Source: Octopus vulgaris (Eukaryota). Taken from it: a stretch of 64,000 nucleotides of DNA. This document shows, piece by piece, positions 13,375 to 26,770 of this stretch (within the stretch, counting starts at the first letter, position 1; every line of letters starts with the position of its first letter). The position numbers were made by a program, and so were the translations under genes. The notes below the pieces were generated by a model that made no database searches, was not told the origin of the DNA, and saw only the letters and a list, made by a program, of their open reading frames with translations. The DNA lies in NCBI GenBank assembly GCA_951406725.2, contig OX597814.1:98394001-98458000 (forward strand), written 5' to 3'.

Positions 13375-13899
13375 TTTCTTATATTACGGGCAATGTTTTG
13401 GCAGACTCGGTTGAGCTAGAACAAAAATGTCTTGTAGTATTTGTTCCCGTTCTGAGATCAAATCCCACCGCAGTCAGCTTTGTCCTTTAGTCTTCTAAGA
13501 TCAATTAAGCAAAGTAGCGATCAACTACTACATTCGCTATAGTCGACTCTTTCTTTCCCTACAGTTTGAGGTCGGTCTTTTTTCTCGGAAAGTAATCGCT
13601 ATTTCTTAGCTTGTTCTTCGTTCGAAAAATGATAGTCGTGGAAAAGCACGTTGACTTAACAATGGCAATGTAGATTTTTTACACCAATAATACTAGTGAA
13701 TGTGCTGAAAGAAAGAGAAGTGGGGGAGGAGGAAGAAGTCGTTACCTATTGCTCACATACGTGCTGATTCTATATTCTTCATATTCTGACGCCGCTATTA
13801 TCAAATAATGGCCTCGGAGGTGATTGCTTGTATACTACCTCTACAAAAGCTCAACCGACATACACGTCTCTAACCCTATACACTCGCTAACCATATTGG

Positions 13900-14092
13900 C
13901 TTAAAATTTTGACACAGAGCCGGCAATTTCAAGGAAGGAGATAAGCTGATTACATTTACTCCAGTGTGCAACAGGTACTTATTTTATAGACCCCGAAAGG
14001 ATGAAAGGCAAAGTTGACCTTGGCGGAAATCGAACACAGAACCGCTAAACATTTTGACTAGCGTGCAAACGATTCTGCCAGCTCGCCACCTT
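13900..14092 (-). mobile_element. SINE family B
   Basis: ccccgaaaggatgaaaggcaaag...ctgccagctcgcc. Confidence 0.85.
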
Positions 14093-14328
14093 AACACTCA
14101 CCAACCATATTGTCACCACAATAACAGTTTCACACCTAATCATTACTCTTTAGATCGTCATCTCCAAGGAATTTTCTCCCAGCCTATGTTTTTCCTTCAG
14201 TCGTCGACATCAAAATGATTTTAAACCGCATGGATATCAAGAGCATCGGGGGGTGGGGGGAAGGCTTGGGAAGACTGATTAAGCCATTGCAAGTAGAAAT
14301 AAAAGAGAAGAAAAATGAGGAAATGGCA

Positions 14329-14390
<62 letters not shown>

Positions 14391-15289
14391 TGATGATGAT
14401 GATGATAAGAAGAAGAAGAATTAATTTTTATTTGAAAAATACGAAAATCCTTCTGTAGTAGTTCTGTTGTTCATAGAGAAACAAAATACATTGAATTACA
14501 TACAGGATACCACCACAGTATTATATGCTAATATATTTTGCATCATCCTGTGTCCGACGCCAATAGTTCCCCAGATAATAAAAAGGTAAATTAACATACA
14601 TCTCATAAATAAAAGTGAAAACTGCAGGGCATAGCTTGTGAAATGATTAAATATGCTACTACCCTAACAGCTAATGTCTGACATCAAATGTTTACATATT
14701 ATTGAATAATTCCATATGAATATACTGTTATAGTTTCTCCAATTTTATAATCGGTTTTACGCAAGCATTTAGGAAAATTGCTAACATATTTGATATAAAA
14801 GACTGGGAAGAAAGGAAGAAAAATAAACGGGAGGTTCTGTTCTGTTTATTATAACAAACATCGATACTATTAAATCATTGTTAAGGGCCGATTGATCGAG
14901 AATTGTTATTGTTCTGCATTGCACAGTCGAGTAATAAACCTTATCTGCGTTAATGAAAGACCAGAGATTTATTTCTTGTCAAACAGCGATAAGCGTAAAA
15001 AGGAAATCAATTTCTAGAACAATATTTTATATTTGTTCTTGAACTATCGAAACCAATTCTCTCTTTCTCTCCCCCTCCCCCACACAAACAGAAGTAAATT
15101 ATATATTTATATATTCTTTACGTATATCAATGAAATGTATAACGAAAGTTTTCTTTTTAAACAATATAGCTCAAGAAAAAATGCCTCCTGATGTTACCCA
15201 ATTGTTACGAGGAAAGAATAGTGCTATGCGATAATAAACGTATCGACGAATAATCGCAGCCCTCTGGTTATTAATTCCCCCAAAATTGT

Positions 15290-15600
15290 CGTCGTTATTA
15301 TCATCATCATCACCATCATCATCGACGTCGGTGGCGGCGGCGTAGTCATCGTCATCATCGTCATCATCGTCATCATCATCATCGACGTCGGTGGCGGCGG
15401 CGTAGTCATTGTCATCATCATCATCATCATCGTCGTCGTCGTCGACATCGGTGGCGGTGACGTAGTCATCGTCATCATCATCATCCTCATCGTCGTTGAC
15501 GTCGGTGGCGGCGACGTAGTCATCGCCATCATCATCATGATCGTCATCGATGTCAGTGGCGGCGACGTAGTCATCGTCATCATCATCATCGTCGTCTTCA
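15290..15600. repeat. Compound minisatellite, about five ~55-60 bp units of gtcggtggcggcgrcgtagt plus (TCA/TCG)n
   Basis: Direct reading. Confidence 0.85.
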
Positions 15601-15995
15601 AGAACAATAACCAAGATCTTCTAACAAGAACTATCACCGCCATTCGTTTTGACTTTCTCGCCATTATTGAGTCGTTTGTCGTAATTTTTTTATGTCATTA
15701 TTTATTACTTTTTAATTTGCCTAAGAAATTCAGAGAAAAGCAGACCTTTGGAATATGTGACTCAGCGATGATATAAATACTATTTAATTGTGATGGTGAG
15801 TATTGAAAAATGTAGTCCCCAAGTCAACTGACTGCGATTGTTATCAGGCTTCAATTTTGCAGTAAAAACCATTTTATTTCCCTTCCACCGATAAAAACAC
15901 TTGATTAACAGAAAAGAGCTGCTTACAAAAATGTGATGCAATGTATTTTCCCGCATAAGATAAGTAGACATTGAAGAATGCTCTATAAATATTCT

Positions 15996-16600
15996 TATTT
16001 CTTTATTGCCCAGAAGGGCTAAACAGCGAGGATAAAACCAAGGACAGACAAAGGGGATAAGTCGATTACATCGACCCCAGTGCGTAACTGGTACTTCAGT
16101 TATCGACCCCGAAAGGATAAAAGGCAAAGCCGAACTCGGCAGAATTTGAACCCAGAACTTAACGGCAGACGAAATACCTATTTCTATTTCTTTACTACCC
16201 ACAAGGGGCTAAACATAGAGGGGACAAACAAGGACAGACAAAGGGATTAAGTCGATTACATCGACCCCAGTGCGTAATTGGTACTTAATTTATCGACCCC
16301 GAAAGGATGAAAGGCAAAGTCGACCTCGGCAGAATTTGAACCTAGGACGTAACAGCAGACGAAATACCTATTTCTTTACTACCTACAAGGGGCGAAACAC
16401 AGAGGACAAACAAGGGCAGACAAATGGATTATATCGATTATATCGACTCCAGTGCGTAACTGGTACTTCAATTATCGACCCCGAAAGGATGAAAGGCAAA
16501 GTCGACCTCGATGGAATTTGAACTCAGAACGTAATGGCAGACGAAATATGGCCACGCATTTCGTCCGGCGTGCTAACGATTCTTCCAGCTCGCCGCCTTA
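15996..16600 (-). mobile_element. Trimeric family B SINE with Tx1-type tails and a 19-bp TSD
   Basis: Three units, each ending ...taaagaaata (minus strand); aatgctctataaatattct at 15977-15995 and 16601-16619. Confidence 0.9.
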
Positions 16601-18824
16601 AATGCTCTATAAATATTCTGTCGAGAAAAAATACAACGAAGAATTAAAGAAAACAAAAGGCAGATAGATATGGAAAGAAAAATACAGAGAATTGTAATCG
16701 AATGAAATAAAGCGTCCATTGAATTAGCAAGTATCTAAAGCACAAGGAAGTAGACTAGTTACCCGAGAACATTTCCTTTTCCTACCGTAGCTCGTTGGCA
16801 AAACTGGTTGGTCGTTTCATTTACACTCATGTTTTTCTTTCTTGTATTTCATACATTTTACTGAAGACCAAAAATTTTCTTTCCAGCTTCTCTGTGTGCT
16901 ATTTAAGAATACATCTAGAAGTTGATTGGAGTAACATTTTAGAAAACAAAATGGACTATAACGGAGCTATTTTAAGTCTTTAATCCTTTCACTGCGAAAT
17001 TAAATTTCCCAGATTTTCCAGTAATGATGTTAAATATCTACAAAAAAAAAAAGAAAAAGTAGAAATGGTATTTTCTGCAAGTCGCATTACTTCAATAAAT
17101 TCGACATATCTCAACAGAAAATAGATTCAAATATGACATTCGGTAAAATAAAATGAAAAATAAATAAATGAAAATAGATAGACAGGTATATAAAACAATT
17201 TTTTCTCAGTTGTTATGAAATCTTGAATAGATATATCTGCTTTTTGTAGTAAAAGGATTAAATAGTTTTGCTGCAATCATTAAAATTTCATTATGCTGGA
17301 AACGGAAGGGATAAACCTTATTTGTTGTGCGTCACCATCTCTCTAATATGTGTTGTTCCTAATGTAGTTGGCTTTTTAGATAACGATCAAGTCAAGACTT
17401 CCACAAATACAAGTAATATGCGTGTGCAAAGGACGTTGACCTCAACATCTTCACATCTCGCTCACGTTTGGCTAAAGTGCACAGCCACGTCTGTATAACT
17501 TATAACAAATTTACTAGTGATAACAGATCTGTCAGAACCTATAAGTTTAAAGATAATTCATATACCTAGATATGAAAATCAGGTTGAAAAAGTTGCAATT
17601 TTCTACGGCTTCAACCTGCTGAATATTCATAAGAACATACTTTCCCAAACTGTCTGTTAACGCTGAAGTTTTAATGTTTTGGATTTCCTGGAAAGGTGTT
17701 AGGAGTGGTGTTCTCTAAAGTGTCTTTATATTTTCTAAGTGTTTCCTTAAACAAGACACATAAATATAATAATAGATCTTAAATATAATCCCGTCTAAAA
17801 TTACAATCCAGTCTAAAATCTGATATCGTGATAACCGTTTTTCGGGTAGCAAATTCTTTTTTACTCTGAAATATTGACTGTCGACCAGTAGTGTAGATTT
17901 CTATTTTTACTGTTGTACTTCTGAACTTTAATATAAGAATTGAAGCAGACATATAATTCTTAAATTTGTGGTACAATGAAAATAATTATGTTACGGAAAT
18001 TTTTAAAATATGAATTGAAAATTTATTATCGACAAACAACTTATCTCTGCTTTTAAAATATTTCAGAAATTCAGATAGATAGTTTTGCAGATAGAATAAA
18101 GTGAAAGCTGCGATCTTACATAACATTATGTCAATTGCCAAAGATATCGCAGTGTGAATCAATATATTAGGAAAGTAGGATTCGGTTGTTTAAAATATCT
18201 AAGCAATATGCAATGTAAGATAATTTTGATGTAAAAGCAACATTAATGCATTGTCCTTAAATTTAGCAACTGGAAGGAAGTGTTAAGTTGGCCTTTGAAT
18301 AGCTAACGAATGGCCGAGAAAACTATCAAGTGGAAAGTAATTGAAAGGCGCGTATTGTAAATGCAAATGTTTTATGATTTATATGTATAGATATATATTA
18401 TAAAATGTGAGCCATAATAATAATCAATTAATGGTAGACCGGTGCAGCACAATAAAGATCCGGTAATTTTAAACATATTAATAAAAACAGATAGTCGTGA
18501 GTTCTTTTATTAACATAGGGTCAAATCGATTAACAGGTTATAAACTGTAACACATTAAACTTCTCTTTACGAAATACTGTAGAAAATGTTGATCTCGTTG
18601 GTTAATAGAACGATTGAAAATAAAAATTTTATGTGTACAGGAGGCGTAATATCTTGCTTAATGGTTCCGTAAACTATTTGAAAGTATTAAAGGGTATATG
18701 TGTACACACACACGCACTCACTCTATCTCTCTCTCTCTCACAAACACGTACATATATATATACATATTATATAGATGTTATTTTTTTTCTTTTATCTTTT
18801 GCTTATTTCAGTCATTAGACTGCG

Positions 18825-19090
18825 AAAAACCATATTTGCCTGTAGAGGGAATCCTTCAGCGAAGAGCGGTGCACATGCGTTGATAAGAGGCAATGACCTC
18901 GAAACCGGTCCGTATGTAGTATTCGTATCTTCGAGGGAGGATGACCTCCTTTGCAGGCAAACAAGCACACTGCGATGGTGTCAGCCCTTCTGGTGACGTT
19001 GATGATCGCCTGGGGCTAAAAGCATCAGTAACACCCCCACCACCCCGCCCTGTCCCTAGCCACATTCAGATGGCTGATCCCTCTTACGTT
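18825..19090 (+). mobile_element. Hammerhead-carrying non-coding element, family 1 (retrozyme/PLE-derived)
   Basis: Shares the HHR, gggaggatgacctcctttgca and cctggggctaaaa blocks with 62905-63247; flanked by a ~70-bp direct duplication. Confidence 0.8.
18873..18917 (+). ncRNA. Type I hammerhead ribozyme with U3-A8 variant core
   Basis: Stem I acatgcg/cgtatgt; core TTGATAA; stem II gagg/cctc; GAAAC-cg-GTC. Confidence 0.75.
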
Positions 19091-19603
19091 ATATATATAT
19101 ATATATATATACACATATTATATAGATGTTATTTTTTTTCTTTTATTTTTTACTTGTTTCAGTCATTAGACTGCGGCCATATTCTCACCAAAGCCCAGAT
19201 TCCTTTGTTCAGCATCTTCCGTCAACTTATCTTGCAGTTGTTGGAAGAATCCCGGTGTGCAGACGCAGTCAGAACGCCTGTCACGTCTCTTCCTGATGGC
19301 CGCAGCTTAGTAATTTTCGTTGTAGCTATTCACTTTACGTCCTAAAGCCTTTTCCACAGTGTTTGCAGATCATTGAGCAGCAGTTATGATATTTGCATTT
19401 TAGTACCCGGTGTAAGTCATTATGATACAGATAATTCTTTTCCACTATTCATATGGCTTCAAGTCTTCCATTTCAGTAAACTTTTTTCCAAGTTACAACT
19501 TTAATCTTCGTGTTCTCCAACGCTGTTAACTGGTCACCAATACATCTAGCTGTTCCTGAAAAAGGAGACATAAATATTCGTCAAATTTATCCAGAACATC
19601 CTG

Positions 19604-19624
19604 TATCTATCTATCTATCTATCC

Positions 19625-19686
<62 letters not shown>

Positions 19687-19750
19687 TTATCTATCTATCT
19701 ATATGTCTGTCTGTCTATTTATCCATCCATCCAGCCAGCCAGCCAGCCCC

Positions 19751-19846
<96 letters not shown>
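19604..19846. repeat. (TATC)n microsatellite
   Basis: Direct reading. Confidence 0.95.
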
Positions 19847-19847
<1 letters not shown>

Positions 19848-20191
19848 ATGATTGGCTGTCGTCGCTTCGTCCGTGTAAGTCTAAACTATTTCTCGTATTT
19901 ATAAATGTTTGTTTATATTGAATTTTTGTCATCAGTTGGTTAAAAACATCAGCTTTCGTGTGATTGAATGGGTTTTCCGAAAATTCCCTGCCTGCGGGTG
20001 TATTTTCGTTTCTTAAATTTCATAAAAAAATTTGTTTTCAATCTGTCCTGAAAAATGGCTACCTTGGCTGAAGCAGCCAGCGTCCCTTCGTCCTATTTAG
20101 ACATTAACTTCCCTGCATTGCCGAACACCGGAGGGAAGGAAGAAAAGATTTGTATCACATTCACACACACAGTTGAACAGCGTTAACAGAC

Positions 20192-20293
20192 ATGGACAAC
20201 AGCCTCCCAAGCAAGCAAATGGGAAAGGAAAGCAAGAAGAACGAACAAATATCTACTGCCACCACCGATGCCATCACCACTATCTCTACTACC

Positions 20294-20325
<32 letters not shown>

Positions 20326-21260
20326 CAACACAAACAGTCAAAGTAACTTTGCTTCAGTTTTGAGGCAAAGAAAACGTGTTGTTACATTTACGCCACAACC
20401 GTTAATGGAAACAAAACATCTCTTTATCTAAGGAGAGTGATACAATAAACCTAAACATAACGCATCACAATTTATTAACAAAAAACAAAAAAAAAAAACA
20501 ATCATATATAAGAAAGACAATCAATTTAAAAACGAGAAGACCCGAAAACATAAATCAACAAATAATCGAAAAATGTTTAAGGCCCATGTGGGCACATAAA
20601 AAAATACATAACAAGGGGCAAAATATTTGCCACAGGTTTGATTCAGAAGAGCAAACCAAAGTCTTTCCTACAGAATCATTTCAGTCTGAAGAAATACTAA
20701 TGATCCCAATGTACTTAGGGCGGAGGGTCACAAAAATAAAAATCAAGGATGTGCCTCTTGAAATTGAAGCACAACAGAACTGGATAGGCCAGTCTTTCGA
20801 AATCTTGATACAAGTAAATCAAGATACAATTGAAAATATAGCAGATTTTATAAAACTGCCAGCCGGTACCAATTTACATGTCGCCGTTGAAGGCAGAAAA
20901 TCACGCTGTCACTTCTGTAGAAGTAAAAATCACTTAAAAGTGGGTTGCCCAATATGCAAGGTGCAACAGCAACAAAAACAAGAAGAAGAAGAAGAAGAAG
21001 AAGTACAACAACAACAACAACCACAATAGCAAAAACAACCACAACAAGAAAGCCAAAAACAACTGATACCCACACCGCCATATGCACAGCTAATAAAACA
21101 GCTCCACCAAGAAATGAAAGAGCAACAGCAACCAACAAGCCAGTCCAACCAAAACGACACCCCCATCAGCGTCACAAAGAACAGAAACAACATCATCCCC
21201 ATCACCACCACCACCACCACCACCACACCACCACCACCACCACCCACCACCACCACTACC

Positions 21261-21292
<32 letters not shown>

Positions 21293-21794
21293 CAACTATA
21301 GAAGCACCAAATGAAGATGAGAAAAACAAAAGGATTTATACCCCACCCCTAAAAACCCATACACCAGATCCCAACTGTCACCAACTAACACAAACACCAA
21401 CACCAACAACAAAAACATTAACACACTAAGAAATAGACCCCAATACTCTCTCCTTACCACTTTCTGATTCCTCCGACATGTCGTCCGATGACAGCGACAT
21501 GGAGGAATGGCAAGTGGCCACAGAAGGTGAAAAAGGGGAAAAAAAGAAAAGAGAAGTGAAGAAACAACCATAACTGTATTGAAATTCGAGACGTCCAGCC
21601 TGCCCTCCAAAACCAAAACACCCGCACAAAACAAAAGCATTAAAACAAACACAGAAACACTCAATGAATCCCCAATGCTGACAGCAATAAACACAAATAA
21701 TCCAAACCTAATGCAATACATTCGGTCAAACACCAACATAACAGAAGACAATTTCAAAACAATCACCTACGCACAACACCACCACAACACATAA
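20192..21794 (+). pseudogene. LINE ORF1 (gag-like) remnant with CCHC zinc knuckle
   Basis: VAVEGRKSRCHFCRSKNHLKVGCP (CX2CX4HX4C); broken frames with low-complexity expansions. Confidence 0.8.
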
Positions 21795-22036
21795 AAATCC
21801 TACACGTGATACAAAACACACAACACATTGAAATCTCTCTACTCTGATGCAGTAGGGAGATTTCAAAAGTATTTATCAAAAACGAAAGTACAAAAACCCG
21901 AGGGAAGATTGTAAGGAGAACAACCAGCTTTCGAACAATAAGTGACTCTCTCCCTCTCTTTTCTCTCTCTCTCTCTCTCTCTCCCTCTCTCTCATTCTTT
22001 TCCTTTCTTGTGTAAAACACAACTTTCGATAGGAAC

Positions 22037-23557
22037 ATGCTTAGAATAGGTTGTATAAATGTGCGTGGTTTGGGGTCGCCTTGCATACAAGGCTGCCTGT
22101 TAAATGACATCAAGTCACAGAATTTGCATGTCATAGTCATCAGTAAGACCATACTTCACAACCCGCGGACCCCCCAGTACATGTTCGGCGGACAATTCGA
22201 CATTTATTTTTTTCCGTGTCTGCCGAGAATGAGAAGAGGTGGTACTGCGGAGATTTTCGGAAGAGTCTGGACCCCAAGGTAAGAGCAATATTCCTAGACC
22301 CCGTGGATAGGCTGGTCGTCTTGAGTGTCGATGCAGTAATAGGTGTACTTTTTGACTTATAACAGTTTACGAACCATCCTTAACGGGTCGACCGGATTTC
22401 TTTCGACATCTAGAGGTTTTCCTGGGAACGTCTCGACCTTTACTTTTAGTGGGGGATTGGAACGTTACCTTGGAAACGCATCTAGACTACGTAGGTAGAG
22501 ATAGGAGGGGATGTAAATGCCTCAAAGACCTGCTCAGACGTTTCCAATAGTCTGACAGGTACCGACTGTCCCACCCTACCATTACCAAACTGGAACGCAT
22601 ACTCTTCCGTTTTTTGTGAAAGGGAAGCGTTCTGATGGTTAGGCGATCCATTTGCTGCCAACACCCGCTAAATGGAGGGCTGGGAATGCCGTGGTTGATG
22701 ATGCGCAGACTTGCACTGGGACTGCGACATCTCCGGCGCTTCATAAACGACGTGTAGTCGCCGTTTGTGAGACGCGCTTTCCGCAGCTTGTCTCTTTGGC
22801 CGAACTGCAGTCATGGATCAAATAGAGACCGAGGCTAGGCGAATGGCACTACGAGTGCCGCCTTGCTCTCGAGCAACTCTGCCGTCCGGGACCAAACTTG
22901 TGCGACTTCAAATGCACGAAGGCGTTCTATAGAGGATTAGTTGAGGGGAGGTGCGACGACGTTCTTGGGGAGAGTTTGGGCGTCAACAGGGAACGCCTGA
23001 CCCGCCTCTTCAGGACCACTTTCGGGCTGGAACCTATGGACAATCACCAGAGATCCCTGGCCTGGTAGTGCAATCTGAAAGCATTGCCCGTTTGGAATAA
23101 GCTCTAGAGTCAGGGTTCGAGAAATACCGGACCGACTTGCCCGAGATGTGGCCAGAGCAACGAAACCGTTCTGCACGCACTCGTGCAGTGTCCAACCGCT
23201 TCAGACCCGTGGCCTTATGTCGAACGGCTGCTGTCACGTGTAGGACGAATTAAGTTATCGGCCGAGTCTATCGTGAATATTGCCCCGTCACCTTCCTTTA
23301 ACCGAAAAGTCAAGGCAGTTTTCATTGTACTGGCGACTATGGTAAAAGAATGTGTATGGTGGACACGTGCGAAAGGTTTAGAGACAAACACTTTCCTCTC
23401 TGGCCAATCGCTCATCAACTTTTTCAAGTACCACTTGAATAGAAAGGTGACAATAGAGCGGGAAGTTTTGACTCATGTAAGTTTCAATAAAAAGTGGAAG
23501 AATGTAGCAAGGATGGTATGCGTGAATGACGAAACTACTTTCAGCATGATTCTCTAA
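22037..23557 (+). pseudogene. LINE ORF2 remnant: APE N-terminus plus C-terminal zinc-binding domain
   Basis: MLRIGCINVRGL, LLVGDWN, post-RT HPLNGGLGMP, CPRCGQSNETVLHALVQC; stop at 23555. Confidence 0.85.
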
Positions 23558-23743
23558 ATCCAAAAGGGAGAGAGCAAGAACGCTTTGTTCTCATGTGTTT
23601 CTTTCCCTCCCTGAGGTTACCGTGGTCTTTTCCGTAGGCTTTCCTTTCTACAGATAAACCTAATCTGTTTTACATTTCTACTCCGCATTAGTTTGCTGTT
23701 TATACGTTCCAAACGCTTTCGATTCCATTTGATCGTATATTTT

Positions 23744-23779
<36 letters not shown>

Positions 23780-23847
23780 TCCTTCTTTCTAAAAGTTCTA
23801 CTTTGTATTGTCCCCTCTGTGTTCGGCCCTGTGTGGCTAATAAAGAA

Positions 23848-23965
<118 letters not shown>

Positions 23966-23968
23966 CTA

Positions 23969-24011
<43 letters not shown>

Positions 24012-24509
24012 TTACCTACGTACGTATGTACCTACCCTACCTACCCAACCACCCACCTATCTACCTATCTATCTACGATGACATATTTGATATAGAAACT
24101 AGCACCAACAGATGATGGAGAAAAGAATCAGGAATTTATAATGGTTAACTATATCATAATTCATAGTTAAAGTTCTAAATATAAAGAGAAGAAAAAAACA
24201 ATCAAAGTTAACTCGATAAATGTCAGACAGCCCTGTTTCATTCGATTAGATGAATTTATGTTATGAATCTTCTTGAATAAACTGAAATTAGAAGTTAGCA
24301 ATAGTAACTATTACAACTACTACAGCTTATAAGTGCTTCATCATCGCTACTATGATAATATTCAGCTCCATCATTGTAACTATCTTGAACAGGTCTACCA
24401 AAATGGTCATTAAAACCCCAATCATCATCACCACCACCACCACCACCACCACTACTACCACCACCACTACCACCACCACCATCACCACCACCATTGTCGT
24501 CGTTGTCGC

Positions 24510-24545
<36 letters not shown>

Positions 24546-25611
24546 CATCCTCATCATCATCAACAACGGTAAAAACTGCAGATATATAAGTCTGTTTCTA
24601 TGCCACTGAGAGTAGATCCTCTACGTGGTCACTCGTCTTGCTAAAAAACAACAGTGAAGTCTTCCTCAAATCTCAGTTCTACTATTATAAATGAGAAAGA
24701 AAACATTAAAAATAATATGGTCGAACTCACCCCTGTAAAGACAGGATGGTCACAGCTTTGATCAAAGATCTGTTTACTGAGGACTGACCTAGAGCAAACT
24801 AACAACGAAAGCAACATCAAATATAATAGAACAACACCATTATTTCATCCGTCACCGACAACTTGATTACTATCGTTACCGCCTCCCATTATCATTATTA
24901 TCAATGTCGCCGCCATTGTTGACGTTTTTATGGTCGCTGTCCGCGTCACGCATAACTGATAATCAAATAGATAGGATCAAATTTATTATTGTAACTAAAA
25001 CCAATGAAATCAACGTTGCAGAGAATGGCTGGCAACAGCTTGGTATGCAAGTTTGGATTTGGTGGGCGGTGCTATTAGCAAGTTGCTCTTCCCTTTCCCT
25101 TAAAGCTATAATTCATGGCTATTTGTTATACATTCAATATACAAATCAAATTTAACATCCATTGCAGACTTCAAGACCATTTCATGATCGTAGAAGTATG
25201 CGGAATGCTAAGTTAATAATTGATCAATTCAATAAAAAGAGAAAGAAGAGAAATGCCTAATAAAACCTCTTCAACAGTATGAATCAATGTTTGAAAGCAG
25301 AATTTATCAATTTACATTGATTCATTTTCATTAGACTCTAGGTCGAGTTCTGTAGCGCAGATATTTTACATCAGCCAATGATATATCTGATATTCTATCC
25401 AAGCTTGATGGATGAAAAATCATTGTTCATTCTGGAAGAATCTGAATTTTAAATCAACAGGAAATAGTTCAGTGTAGTGTAGTTTTTATTTTTCCGAGCT
25501 TTTACAAAGAAAGTGCAAAAGAATTGGTAATATTTTAAGCCAAAAATTAATGCAGAACTCAGGGATCTTATTAAACTATGTCAACTGTTGTTTATTAAAT
25601 GATAATAATAA

Positions 25612-25860
25612 ATGCGCCCTTTTAAAGTCTAGCCAGGCTCATGGGTCCGGTTTCCCGATTTCAATGGCATATATGTTCCCCAGCTGGACGGGACACCAGT
25701 CCATCGCAGCGTTAATCATTTTTGCCAGCTGAGTGGACTGGAGCAACGTGAAATGAAGTGTTTTGCTCAAGATCACAACGAGTCGCCCGGTCCAGGAATC
25801 GAAACCACAATCTTACGATCATGATGCTGACACCCTAACCACTAAGCCACGCGCCTCCAC
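25612..25860 (-). mobile_element. tRNA-derived SINE, family C
   Basis: Minus strand: ggaggcgcgtggcttagtggttag head, ggtttcgattcc B box, cttgagcaaaacacttcatttcacgttgctccagtccactcagctg core; tail shared with family D. Confidence 0.85.
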
Positions 25861-26728
25861 ATTGTAGGTAATACAAAAATCAATATAAACTGGCATACTG
25901 AAGTGAACATCCCAAGTAATTAGCTTTTAATTGTTTCGTTTATATGATTAATAAATGTATTAGAACACAATATATCGATTTTATCAATATCGCATTTTGT
26001 ATAATAATAAAGTACAACTTTCCAATTATCTGATTTTTAGAATTTTTACCTCAAAATACTGGAATACTTTGAATAGGGAAAGGAATACAAATTATACAAT
26101 AATACAAATTTAACTTTTAGCCTGCCTGCCTGGGGAAATTACATATAAGTTGAACTCCTGGAAACGGCTTTATTGTTTGGAAACTGGTGAGAAAGTTACA
26201 GGCGTATGGAGAATATCACCAATGTTAAAAGATTTTATTGCTAGCATGAAACTAATAAAGAAAGAATTTTTATCCCTCAATGCGGTGCTGAGCACTCATT
26301 CACATTGTTCGACATAAATATGTGTATAGGTGTGCGTCTGTGTGCGTGTGTGTGTAGAGGTAAGCTCCAAGGATCAAGGTGTAGGGAGATAATAAGCTTC
26401 GAGCAGTTTGTAGAAGGTATGAAAGACAACTTTCAGGAACAATAGTGGTTTATTGACGTAGAAGGTTGTAAATGTTTCACATATCGAAGTTCGATAAGCT
26501 GAAAAAAGTTATTTTAAAATTAACGGTCAGCAGCTGTGATTGCTTATATGCGAATAAAGGTAAAAAAAATTAGGGAATAGAGTAGATAAAATCCAGGCTA
26601 CATATGTTTCAGAGCTGGCAGAGGCTCGGAAGTAGTAATTATACAAACGAAGGGTAATCTGTTAGCTACTCGTCGGGCCAAAGATATCTGAATCAAATGA
26701 AGTTACATTGTCGTCAAGGGGGTTCCAT

Positions 26729-26770
26729 GTTAACTCGCAGGAGGTTCGGTCGAATCTCCTGCGAGTTAAC
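26729..26770. other. 20-bp near-perfect hairpin
   Basis: gttaactcgcaggaggttcg-gt-cgaatctcctgcgagttaac (one G-U pair). Confidence 0.85.

Noticed and set aside
15996-16600. CRISPR-like repeat array
   Set aside because: Units are ~190-bp SINE copies without unique spacers, in a eukaryotic context
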